A stretch of DNA of 64,000 nt from Azolla caroliniana (lineage: Eukaryota > Plantae > Polypodiophyta): the NCBI GenBank assembly GCA_043228905.1, contig JBHGNT010000005.1:17670001-17734000 (forward strand), in the 5' to 3' direction. A model generated the notes under the pieces. The model was not told where the DNA came from. It did no database searches and saw only the letters and a program-made list of their open reading frames with translations. Every line of letters begins with the position of its first letter. Position 1 is the stretch's first letter. Positions 1 to 11,584 of the stretch are shown here, piece by piece. The translations under genes and the position numbers were made by a program.

Positions 1-235
1 ATCCACCTCATTAGCACCAACCTCAATAAACAATCTATTCTTACCATCATTTGACATCTTCCATGTCAACCACTCCACAACATCATGTGCATTTTGTAAC
101 TTCGCACCTTTATTATCCAACAGTTCACTTGTAAGAGCACGCTTGATCACAACCCCCGCACCATCATGCTCTCCTTTTCCATGTCCAGACCCGAAGTAGT
201 TCCATTGCATCCTAATGCTTGTCAATGAGAAGTAT
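1..235 (-). pseudogene. Sola2-like DDD transposase, downstream exon (continues beyond the window edge)
   Basis: Hand translation gives YFSLTSIRMQWNYFGSGHGKGEHDGAGVVIKRALTSELL. The HGKGxxDGxG motif follows the WSDGAASQFK motif of the upstream exon in the correct phase. The acceptor is mutated (CAT instead of CAG at 236-238); a GCTAAC branch-point motif lies at 255-260. Confidence 0.75.
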
Positions 236-269
236 ATGGGTGTTTTGCATGACAGTTAGCCAACAAACA

Positions 270-436
270 GAGTTAGTGCATTACTAGAGCTTACATCTCT
301 TAACATGACTTAAACCAAAATTTCCACTAATGCACGAGAGAGGACAATACTAAGTTATAAATTAAAAGAAATGAACGAGAGAGGATAGTACTAAGCTATT
401 GATTAATACTAATGCATGAGAGAGGACAGTCCTAAG
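270..436. repeat. AT-rich degenerate tandem repeat (AGTACTAAGTT...ATTAGTACTAATG), left part, within the transposase intron
   Basis: The same motif family resumes at 10013 on the other side of Gypsy A. Confidence 0.7.
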
Positions 437-940
437 TGTTAACTGTTTCTGGAGAAAACACCTACGATGAGCCCATAGGCTATCGGTATCAAGGGGTCGT
501 GTTACATGAAGGCTTCTTCTACACCGAGAAGACGTTAGGGGAACGGGGAGGCGTACACGGGTTACAACCCGGTAGACGTAGACGTAGCTAGGATTACGAA
601 TACGGGGAGAACACACAGATGAAGGAAAAATAAGAGCGAGATTTATATTAAATGAGAAAGCTCATTGTGAATACAGTACATGGCTCTCGGCCGGAAACAG
701 TCTCATGCAGAGCTAAGCGCTACTATATTAATCCTGCTAATAATCTAGGTATATCTCCCCCCTCCGATGTATGCAGGTCTCGGCTTATATAGTTTTCTTC
801 TTTACACAAAACCAAGCCGTCGGCTGATTGTGAGGGGCTCAAAACTTGACTAATTTAGTTCTACCTATTTCCTCACGTACTTTTCTACCTATCGGCGAGT
901 TTACATATTTTGTAATTACATTTCTGGCCTATGGACAACA
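437..940 (-). repeat. 3' LTR of Gypsy A
   Basis: Direct repeat of 9511-10012; CTATATAAG TATA-like box on the minus strand near 790. Confidence 0.93.
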
Positions 941-942
941 CC

Positions 943-987
943 TGGCATGCCCGTGGGACAAGACTTTGTCCATCGGACCCACGATTC
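943..987 (-). other. tRNA-3'-half-like motif at the PPT position of Gypsy A
   Basis: Minus strand reads GAATCGTGGGTCCGA-TGGACAAAGTCTT-GTCCCACGGGCATGCCA, then GG, then the LTR TG. No purine tract is adjacent. Confidence 0.7.
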
Positions 988-1078
988 ACAAAGTGGAGGG
1001 ATAACAACGGATTTTGCCAAAATTTTACAAAATTACCCTTTTTATACAAGGGGCTTAAGGGTTCGTTTTAATCCTCTT

Positions 1079-4000
1079 CTAATATGCCAAGGATATCCTC
1101 GGGGCGTGGGGTTGGTCAAGCTGCTCGGAAGGTGGGGTTGGTGATGGGGGTTTTGTTGCCGAGTTCGGGATGGTTGTGTCTGCGCGTGGGACGCCCTCTA
1201 TCGGTTCCGATTCAAGCAGGGTTGTGGTTGTAGTTTGTTGCTCGGTTGTGATGTGGGTGTCTATAGGGGCGGGTCCCTCCTGTCTGGCTTTCGTGGTGGT
1301 TGTTGTTGGCTCTGGTTCGTGGTCATCGGTCGTGGGAGCTTTGTTAGTCATGGTAGCTAAGCGTTCCTCCTCGTAGGCTTCGGCTTCTAAACGGAACATC
1401 ATTTGATCGTCGTTGAATTCCTCTAGAAGTTGCTCGATTGTTGCGGTGTGGGATTCTGCTAAGGTATGATATTCCTTGGTCAACTCTTCACGGAGAGTCT
1501 GGATGCTAATGTCATCCATCTTGTAGAACCCTCGGCGTTTTCTCGATCTTCTTGGTGAGTTGTTGGCAATATTTGTTGATCAGGATCTTTATTCTAGTAT
1601 CGTCCATGCCGATTTGAGCTTGGTGAGCTTCCACTTCCTCCCTTGTGGCCTTGGCGTCTTCTTGGCATTTGCGGACGAGGAGCTCTAGAGTAGCTTGGTT
1701 ATCCTTTGCTTTTGTGGTTACGAGCGCAATTGTTTGCTCGTAACGTTTGGTAAGTTGTGCTATAGTTTCGTCCACTTCCTTTCTCCAAGCGTCCCGTTGT
1801 CGTTCCCTGGCGGCGATGTCCTCTGTTTGCAACTCGTGATAAGCATCGGGAATTTGCACCCTTTGCTCTTTAAAGCTCCTCCACTTTTGCATGTGTTCGT
1901 TTGCCAATTCTTGTAATTCCCTTTGTTGACGGCATAATTCCTGTTTGTCTGCGAATAGCTCGTGTTCCCGTTGCCTATTCCTCTCTTCTTCTTTGATGAA
2001 TCGTTCTTTGGCCTCGGTGATAGAGACCTAAAGGTTCATCACCTCTCTTTCTTTTGCTTTGAGTGCGGCCGAGCTTTCGGCAAGCAATCGCTTGAGGTTC
2101 GGTTCGCGACCCGCGGCTTGTTCCCGTAGTTGGCCAATAGTGTTGTTGTGGTTTTGTTCTGCTAATTCGGCCCGAGAGATCTGGGCCTTGAGCTCTTCTT
2201 GGTAGTCACAGAGGGGAGGCCATGTCTGGGTTGTAGCTTGCTGGTTCCGGGGATGGGGTTCCCAGTCCGTCTGTGTAGATCTTTCCATGACAACAGGCGG
2301 TCGTGGCGTTTGCGTGGAAGCGTGCCTAGTCTGGAGGCTCGATGTCCTGTCTGCCGTTAGAGATGTTTCGTTGGTGGTGATGACAGTTGGCGGCACCGTT
2401 GGTGTGGAGGCGTGGCTGGTTTGGGGGTATAGGCTTTTATCTGCCAGTGACGATGTCTCGCTCGTCTGTACTGAATCCGTCATTGTGCTTGCATCAACCG
2501 TGGCTACCCTGGGGTGAGCTGTGTTGTCGTTGTGTGCTTTGGTAACAGTAGCACTCAAGCTCGGGTTTGGAAGAGGGGCTGGTGAGACATCGTTACTCGG
2601 GGCATGGAGGCTTAAGGGTGGTTGTTCTTGATGTTGTTGTTCCAATGACGCCAGTTTCTGCTCGGCGGCTTGCCATAGCTCGGTGGCCCGTTTGGCTTTC
2701 TGCTGTGCCATTTTGATATGTCGGGCCATGTCCTTGGCGGCCCAAGTTGTGTGGTCCATATTTCGATATGCCTCGACTAAGGCCGTGTTTAGATATGGTA
2801 GCTCCATGATGAGGGAAGCATTCTGTGCTTGCTTCTTCCGACCTATCTTCTGTAAGGCTCGATCCTCTTGAGGTTCGAGTTCTCCCATTAGTGCGCGTTG
2901 GATCATCTTTGTTTCCGCGTGCTCCTCGGCCATACGAGTGACAGCAACTACTTGGGCGCGCGCAAGGAAATCCATCAACTCATATGTTGTGCCAAGTTGA
3001 AGTAGCGCACTGAACTCGTATGCCTCCGCGGGGAGGTCTTTGTAACTGAGGACTTCCTCCTCCGATATCTATGTGGTTTGTCCATGCTCGATCCTACCTA
3101 TTTGGAGCCATGACTCGACTTGTACCATGGATGTGGAAGTCGAGCTTGCCTCCTTTGATTTCTGACGCTGAGTCCCCTCGGTTTCTGTGGTCGACTCGCG
3201 ATTGATGCGTCGTTTCGTTTTCGACTGGTCCTGTGAGTCTGGGGCCGGTGGTGTTGGCTCCTCGGCTTGTTTCCTCTTTTGTTGCCATATGCCCGAGGGC
3301 TGCTAGTTGGGGGGTTGCGGGCTCGGTTGTGAAGGGGGCATCGATGTACTTGGTTTTTTCTGTCGTATGGTGACATCCTCAGTGATGGGCTCCTCAACCT
3401 CGTCCCATTCGACACGGGTCACTGGTAACGCCCGTTGCTTCTGTGTTTTTGGTGGGGGTGGTGCCAAGGTGGTAGTAGGATTCCGAATAGCCAAGGAAGG
3501 TGGAGAGGGTGAGGGTCTTCCCATTCTTCCTAGGTTAACGCCAAAATCTTCTCCCATTGTTTCCGTGGTGGTGGTGGAGAGGTAAGGATGTGACGAGGGG
3601 AAAACGAAGGAGGTGGGTAGAGGATTGTGAGGTAATGATTCATCACAGGTAGCAAGTGTTGCACGGACTCCTTCGCCAGTGATGATTCCCCAATTGACTT
3701 TATAGCCTTCGTACTCTCTGATGATGATGGCAGCCTTATTCTGTGGCATACTCGTGGGATTTGTATGCACAAAGGGGTATTCCATCAAAATTTGGGCGAT
3801 TTTTCCAAAAGACTTGTTTGGTCCTCCGTAAGTGCGGTAAGCTTTTCCCAAAATTGAATACATCCCAAAGTATTCCTTGAGGGTCATGTGAGGAGGAATC
3901 TCGACTTCATGTTCGCCTCCTCGCGTAAGGTCGAAAGTGGCGCAAATCATATTGTTGGTCACTATGTCGGGGTGGATTCTGTGTGCTATTGCTTGGACAT

Positions 4001-4210
4001 CAGGGTGTGCTGGGGCGTCGATGACCTGTAAGTAGCCGCCCAATCCTCATTGTTGTAGCCAAGAAAGAGAGCTTGGGAGCTTGAAGGCTGTGAAGGCAAG
4101 AAAGCTTCTGTGTGAGTAGGCACGTTGTGTGTGGGGTAGCTTCTTTTATGTGACCGCCTAGGGTTTTGTGCAGGGAGAAGATCCTTTAGATTCTTGGTTG
4201 TGGCTGCCAT
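1079..4210 (-). pseudogene. Extra 3' ORF(s) of Gypsy A: globular N-terminal part, Pro/Thr-rich linker, long coiled-coil-like C-terminus
   Basis: Chained sense ORFs 3986-4210, 3303-4043, 2028-2978, 1512-1907 and 1079-1519 lie between integrase and the 3' LTR. Confidence 0.6.
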
Positions 4211-4419
4211 AATAAGGTATTATGGCCACACGTCACAGGAGTGCTTTGCTTTGTGAGGTGTGCATGCTCCTTAAATACTCTACTTTGATGTGAAGGTGAC
4301 TAGTTTGTGCTCCTAAAAAAATGTCGTGATTTGGGGTGATTTGTTAGGTGGTTTAGGTAAGGCTAATTTAAATGCTAAAACTATTCCTAATATATAATTT
4401 TGGTGGGTAGGTCATTATT

Positions 4420-7400
4420 TTACCGATGGGGGCACGTGGCCTCCTTCGTGGTGTCGTCCGTGAACTGGTCCGTGCCGTGAGACTCGGTGAAAGGATTATT
4501 TGGGGTATTTCCTCGGTAATGTCGAAGTCGGAATCCATTTACCCATCTTTTGACGATGTCTCCGGCAAGTGTGCTGAGTTGGAATGTGTCGTTAAACTCA
4601 TCAATTATCCAGAAGGGTCCTGTCCATCGGAATTGTAATTTCCCCGGCATGGCATCGAGTCGTGTTTGGAAGACAAGTACCGGTTTGTCGATGGTAAGTG
4701 CTTTCTCCGTACCTTTCCGGTGACGATCTACGAAGGCTTTGCATTGTCGTTGGCATTCTTCCAGTTGAGCCATGCTGGCCACTCGATGTTCACCGAGTTC
4801 GAGGAGTTGTTTGAGCCGATATTGCTCTGATTGGGCCTCGGGTAGCCTTTCCTTAACCTAAACTTGGAGACTCGGAACTTGGAACTCGATCGGCATGATT
4901 GCTTCCAAACCAAATGCCATCCGAAAGGGTGTAGATTGAATGCTAGTTTTAAATGTGGTGCGATACGCCCATAATGCACTCTGGAGCTTGTCATCCCAAT
5001 CGGTGCGGTTCTCATTGACGATCTTTTTCAGGATTATTAGTAGATTCTGCCAATCCGTTTGCTTTAGGATAGTACGGTGTACTTTTCTTATGTACGACCG
5101 CGTAGTGTGTAGTGAGCTCTTGAATCATGTGGTTTATAAAATGCCCGCCTTGGTCACTAATGAGCTCGATTGGGCATCCATAATGGCACCATAGATGTTC
5201 GTAAACAAACTTTGTCGTGGATGCAGTCATGTTGTCCCGTAGTGCCTTAGCCTCAACCCATTTTGTGAATAGTCTATGGCCACGATTATATATTTGTTAC
5301 TGGTGCGAGCCGCGACTAGTTTAAAAGGTCCCACAAAATCTAACCCCAACTTTTGAAATGGTTCTAACAGGAGGATGGGTTGGTGTGGCATCCGGGCTTG
5401 CTCGGTCGGTTGTCCCATGCGTTGACACAAATCGTACTGTCGACAGAATTCATGAGCCTCTTTTTTCGTTCTAGGCCACCATAAGCCACTTTGTCATTTT
5501 TTTCTTCCCATGGACTCTCCAGCGTAATGTCCCCCTGCGATTCCGTGATGTGCCTCCTGGAGGATTGCATGTTTCTCGAATTGACGGATTGCACGGTGCC
5601 AGATGCCGTCCGGATTGCACAGTGTCGGAGACCAGACAAAAGTTTCGAGCGTCGAGGGTCAGGTGGTCAGGAGGAAGGCCGATGCTGAGGAAATGGGTCA
5701 TCTCAGTGATCCATTCATCTTCATTTTCGTCTGGCACCGTTGCGAGACTAAAAAAGGCTGCATGAACACGCTGTTGATGGCTATATCTGATACGTCTACG
5801 AAGACGTGGAAAGGTTCCAACCAGACTGGTGGCTGTACAACAGGGGCATGGGAGAGCATTAATTTCAAGGATTGGTAAGCCTCGTCTTCTATTGAAGACC
5901 ACTGAAATGACAGTCTATGCACAACCGCGTGCAATGGAGTCGCGAAATCGGCCAAGTGTTGTAACATTCGGCTATGCCATCTGATTTGTCCCAAGAAGCG
6001 ATTGACGGTCTTCACGGTAGAGGGCACCGGAGCATTAAGAATAGCTTGCACTTTATCCGGGTCCATGGAGATAACTTCCTGACTGACTATGTGCCTGAGC
6101 AGGTTGCCGCTTGTCACCAAGAACGCGCATTTTGCCGAATTTAAGCTCAACCGAGCTTGTCGACATCGATCGATACAGAGGCGTAACTGGGTCATATGCT
6201 CCAGCCGCTAGCCATACATGGCAAAGTCGTCAAGGAAAACTTGCATGAGCGTCGGGATATACTCGTTGCAAATCTCGGTGATGATGCGTTGGAATGTGGC
6301 TAGTGCCGTTTTTAATCCGAACATCATTACCTCGGCCACGAAGACACCCCCATTCCATGACAAACGTCATTTCCTCTGGATCATTCGGGTGCATTTTGAT
6401 TTGGTTATAGCCACTGAACCCATCGAGAAAACTGTAGCATTCATGACCAGCCACCGTATCGATGACACTATCTGTCCTGTGTTCATGACACTATCCGTGA
6501 ACGGGAGAGGAAACCCATCCGTGACTGTCGCGGCATTGAGTTTGCGGTAATCAACGCAAACACGGATTTTCACGTTTTTCTTGGGGAAGACGACGATTGG
6601 GCTATGTGGCTCTTTTTACTAGGCATATAAAACCTACTCGAAGGAGCTTGTCGATCTCCTCTTTGACCTTAGCCGCGTAGTTGGGGTTCATACGGTATTG
6701 TCGTTGTTGGACCGGTCGAGCGTCAGGCAGGAGGTGTATTTGGTGTTGGTAATATTGGGGATTTAATCCCTTCATATCAATGTAAGACCATGCGAATACA
6801 TCATGATAATCCATGAGCATGCATCTGAGGGCTGACCGTTCGTCAGCTGGTAAGTTGTTAGCGATTTGTAGTGTACACGGGTTCTCGTCGGAGCCGAGGT
6901 TGAGTGACTCGAGCGTTGATGCTTTGACTCGCCAGGAGATGGCGAGTTTTCATTCAAACGCGTCCCAAGCTTGTCGTAATTCCGCGATAGTTGTGAAGTC
7001 TGGCTCGTCCTGGGGAAGTGAATCTGTCGTGACATCCTCGTCCGATGGTGTGTCGAAGGCCAAGATGGCGTTTATTTCGAAGAGGGGTATGATAGTGCAA
7101 TGATCTTCCAAGAAGTCATCCACCTCTTCGTCGGCTAACCCGTTGAGCATGTGTACCCCTTCCACGTATAAGGGCGTGGTGTTGTGGGGCGTGGTTAGGC
7201 ATTCTTCTGTTATTATCCATACCTTGGTCTTCCCCCTGCGGAAAGAGATCATATTTCGCTGCCAATGTTGCTTAATATTTGTTGTGCGCAGCCAGGGTTG
7301 TCCAAGCAGCATTGGGTAGGCGGTTGGGGCTTTGAGGCGTAACACGTCTGCCGAGATAGTGAGCATTTGGCCTCCTAACGTGAAATTGAGGTGGCGGATT

Positions 7401-9384
7401 AACCCTATGGAATGAACCAATCGCGTATCGGCCATCCGAAGCTAAAAGGGGCAAGGTTCCCATTGGTTTAGACCGAGTGTGTGACATGTGGCCTCGCTGA
7501 TGACGTTCACGCCGGAGCCACCTTCGATTATGCATCCATGAAGGTCGCATCCTTTAATCATGATTTTCACAGCTGGATTCTGAGAATCCATGATGGGTGG
7601 GCCTGTCGCTGGCTCTATCAGGTTGTTAGTTGTGAGCGTAGCCAAGGTATCCTGAAAGCGCGGCATGAGCGGTAAAAGCTTATGCAATGGCAGCGAGATC
7701 CTAGAACTGGTAAGGGCTTCCCACAAATGATCATCTTCTGCCGAGGTGGATGGTCCTATGGACAGTGGTGCTCCGATGGTCACGTCCTGCATCTCTGTGT
7801 GCATCCACTCAACGTTGCTTTTGTTGGCGGTGTCAATCCATTCCTTGGCTGCTTGTCATACATCATCTTGCACTTGTCATTGGGTAGCCTGGGTTTTGTT
7901 GCGTGTAGTGACGTGTTGAACGTTTGCCACAATACTATTCACGGCCCGGGCCTTGCCGCGGTCCATGGTTGGGCATTGGGTGGCCTAGTGGCCGGGTTGG
8001 TTACACTTAAAGTAGGTAACTGATGCCGAGTTGCTGGTGTCACCATGATCAGTGTGTGGGAGAGGGTGTGAGCAGTTCTCGGCCTCTTGTGTAGGCGTGT
8101 TGGCCTGTGGCGCGTTATGGGGAAGAGAGTTGAGCGGTGCATTTTGAGGAGGGTCCCAACGACGATTGTCGTTATGCCGTCAATTGTTCCACGAACCTCT
8201 GTGAGAGTTTCTTCTATCGTTTCGCGAATACCGTTGATCGTACCAGTCATCCTGGTCGTCGTTGTACCGATCATACTCATCGTTTGCTCTATATTGGTCG
8301 TCGCGGTATTGGTCACGGTGGTCGTCCGATCACCTGCGGTTGTCGTGGCAGTAGCGGTCGTCGTCACGGCACTGACGATCTGGGGATCGTGGTCGCTTGT
8401 TATCCCGATGTCGGTAGGACTGACGCTCGTCCTACCGTGAGTATCTATTTCGAGGCTCGATCTGGCGAGCCGGAGCAGTCGTTGTGCGGTTGAGCATGTT
8501 GTATTCACATTGTTCGATCATGTGAGATCGGGACTGACAGATTGGACAATGTGGCCGGTGAGGGCACTCGAGAGCCAGATGGCCCGAGCCCGAGTAGGTT
8601 GTGCATTGGAGGGCTTGTCGGAAACGATTGTCCTCCTGAGGAAGAGTGCTTTGCAAAGAGCCCATGGAGAAAGCCGTGTTATGCTGTGTTCGATCGATGG
8701 CGAGGACGTGTGCGATGACTTGCTCGATTGTCTGGTTAGAGAAATTGGTAGGTGTGAGAGTCGTCCGTAGAGGCTCCCATAGGCCGGAAAGGAAGGTATC
8801 TGGAATGTGATGTGCGGAGACATCGTCAGCCAGTTGTCGGTACAGATCCTAAAACCGGATCGTGAACTGGGCGACCGTCTCGTGAGGTTCTTGGCTCATG
8901 GAAAAGAACTGCCGAAGTAGTTCTCGCTTCGGAACTTCGCGGTGAAATAATTCTAGAAACTTTGTTCGGACGTCCTAGAACGTTGTGACCTCCCCCACAT
9001 CGAGGCAAGAATACCATCGAGCAGACGAGCCATTGAGGGATAGAGCAAATTCCGCAATTTTGGAGGACTCGATTTCGGCAGCCGATAACCGCTGCGTCGA
9101 GTGGTTGGCCTGCAATGTGGACACGAAAGCACGGGTGTGCGATTCCGCGTCTGGGCCGTCTATATAGTGTGGGTAAGGGTAAGGCATGGTATCGAGATCC
9201 GAGTCTTCAGGTAAAGCCGAAAAAGGGTTAGGGTCATGTTGGGTGACCTCTCGAGGGCTTGGTGGGGAGATCGGTGCGGAATCAACTCGCGACTTCGTAT
9301 TGGGTGGCGAGGATTGCAACCGGTGGGCCTCCGATAGTTCCTGGAAAGATTGGTTAGTGACCATCGAGTCATAAGTTCCTTCAA
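4420..9384 (-). pseudogene. gag-pol of Gypsy A (frameshifted)
   Basis: CCHC knuckles at ~8000 and 8500-8600. Protease IIEGGSGVNV (7500). RT CVDYRKLN, FLDGFSGYNQI. RNase H FHVFVD. Integrase LDFVGPF, ISDQG, RWTGPF. Confidence 0.9.
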
Positions 9385-9491
9385 CTGGGTCAGGGCGTCA
9401 GGCAGGTGGCCAAGACCGCATGATGCGGTTGGGCACCGTAATGGAGGCTGAGGTTTGCCTCCTATGTAGTTCGTTGTGATCTTATAGGTAT

Positions 9492-9505
9492 CACCAGGCT
9501 TGCCA
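9492..9505 (-). promoter_or_regulatory. PBS of Gypsy A, tRNA-Arg-like
   Basis: TGGCAAGCCTGGTG, 5 nt after the 5' LTR. Differs by one base from the complement of the plant tRNA-Arg(UCU) 3' end as recalled (TGGCACGCCTGGTG). Confidence 0.7.
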
Positions 9506-9510
9506 AATTG

Positions 9511-10012
9511 TGTTAACCGTTTCTAGAAAAAATACCTACAATGAGCCCACAGGCTATCTGTATCAAGGGGTCGTGTTACGTGAAGGCTTCTTGTACACCG
9601 AGAAGACGTTAGGGGAACGGGGAGTGTACATGGGCTACAACCCGATAGACATAGACGTAGCTAGGATTACGAGTACAGGGAGAACACACAGATGAAGGAA
9701 CAGTAAGAGCGAGATTTATATTAAATGAGAAAGCTCACCGTGAATAGAGTACACGGCTCACGGCTGGAAACAGTCTCATGCAGAGCTAAGCGCTACTATA
9801 TTAATCCTGCTAATAATCTAGGTATATCTCCCCTCTCCGAGGTATGCAGGTCTCGGCTTATATAGTTTTGTTCTTTACACAGAGTCGAGCCGTCGGTTGA
9901 TTGTGAGGGGCTCAAAACTCGACAAATTTAGTTCTACCTATTTCCTCACCTACTTTCTACCTACCGGCAAGTTTACATAATTTGTAATTACATTTCTAGC
10001 CTACGGACAACA
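9511..10012 (-). repeat. 5' LTR of Gypsy A
   Basis: Direct repeat of 437-940. Confidence 0.93.
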
Positions 10013-10660
10013 CTATGTTATAACTTGGTCTTAATGAACAAAGTTGGACAGTACTAAGTTAATAATTAGTAGTAATGAACATAGTTGGATAGTTCTCATG
10101 CTAATAATTAGTACTAATGTTTGTACTAATGGGCCATGACAATCATAAGTTATAAACTTGTGTTAATGAACAAAGTTGGACAGTACTAAGTTATTATTAG
10201 TACTAATGCACTAGAGAGACCCATCCTAATTAGTACTAATGAAGAAAGTTAGTACTAATGAACAAAGTTATAAATGAGTAGTAATGACCAAAAGAAGATA
10301 GTACTAAGTTATTCGTTAGTACTAATGCACGAGAGAGGACAATGCTAAGTTACAAATTAGTACTCTTGCCTGTGGGATGACACCACAAAGCTATCAATTA
10401 GTACTTGTGCATGCGGGATCTGAGTACTAAGTTGTAAAACATAGTCAATACTTGTGCATGTGGGATGATAGTACTAAGTTGTAAAATAAGGGTACTTTAC
10501 AAGGCATTGAACCATAGTCAGTACTTGTGCATGTGGGATGATACTACTAAGTTGTAAAATAAGGATACTTTTCAAGGCTTTGAACCATACATACAAGACT
10601 TACCCCATAATTAGTACAAACATTTCAACACAGTACTGGTGCATGTAGTAGGAGAATTAC
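10013..10660. repeat. AT-rich degenerate tandem repeat (~40-80 bp units, rich in AGTACT), right part of the intron
   Basis: Recurrent AGTACTAAGTT, TTAGTACTAATG and TACTTGTGCATGTGGGATGA motifs. Confidence 0.75.
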
Positions 10661-10806
10661 TAATTGTATTTTATACAAACATTTTTTATGACTGTTCATA
10701 TAATATTCGTACTAGTAGGAAACTCAAGCAATAGATGATGTACTATGAAGTATTACCAAAATAGACTTCCAGTTATAAGTACCAATCATATGGATTATTT
10801 CCTTAC

Positions 10807-11584
10807 CTTGCAATGAAGTAGAAGGACAGAGCCGCCTTAAATTGCGAGGCTGCACCATCAGACCAAACCCAATGGCGATAAAAGTTAACACCCAAGGACA
10901 ATAAATCTAGGTGGTGAAGCTTAAAACAATGTTGAACAAATAGCGTATCATGCTTTTTATCATCTGAAATATAGAATATTGATTTCTTATGTAACTCACC
11001 AGTGATCTTTTCTCCAATAGCAAATATGTACAAGTATTGTACATTGGTCATTGTTCTAATTTATTGACTGAACCTCATTTTGAACTTTAAAGGTATAGTT
11101 CTCTGCAAAGTCAATAACAAATACCATAACATCCAATGGTAAGTTATTTATACATTCCTTGAACTGTGAATTTTGCCAATAACTCCTAAAGTTATGTGGA
11201 ATGAACTCCCCAAATTGCTTCTTAAACTTTGACACAAGGGTAGCAGCACATGTCTCCTTATATACTTCCTTGATACGCTTACAACGAGACCCTTACCTAT
11301 ATTTTCTATCACATACTCTAAATATTTCCATTTCACAATATGACAGTTATCCACGTCAACCTCCGGTCTACAAAATAACGGTTGTGGGCAAACCTTACAT
11401 GTTCTGACAAGACATGTACGATTATGCCACTCAGATGATGGTTTTTTTTCACAAACAAAAGACCTCCATAACTCAGAAACTGTTGCATAAGTCATGTTTC
11501 GCGCATTATATCTATTACCACTCCCATTTGGTCTACATACCTCACAAGTGCAAACACACCCATCCCCGTGTATACCCTTAGAAT
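10807..11584 (-). pseudogene. Sola2-like transposase catalytic exon
   Basis: Motifs CVCTCEVC, DFAENYTFKVQNEVQS, ISDDKKHD and WSDGAASQFK. Ends at an AG|GTAAGG donor at 10806. Confidence 0.8.

Larger units (their letters stand above)
437..10012 (-). mobile_element. Gypsy A: full-length degenerate non-chromovirus Ty3/Gypsy (Athila/Tat-related)
   Basis: LTRs at 437-940 and 9511-10012 (TGTT...AACA). TSD CTAAG/CTATG. Order gag-PR-RT-RH-INT on the minus strand, with an extra 3' ORF region. Confidence 0.93.

Noticed and set aside
437-940. Idea that the Gypsy A LTRs are flipped relative to its genes because a PBS-like motif follows the left LTR
   Set aside because: The TATA and polyA-like signals are on the coding (minus) strand, and a PBS also follows the right LTR. 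The motif is better treated as a PPT replacement.
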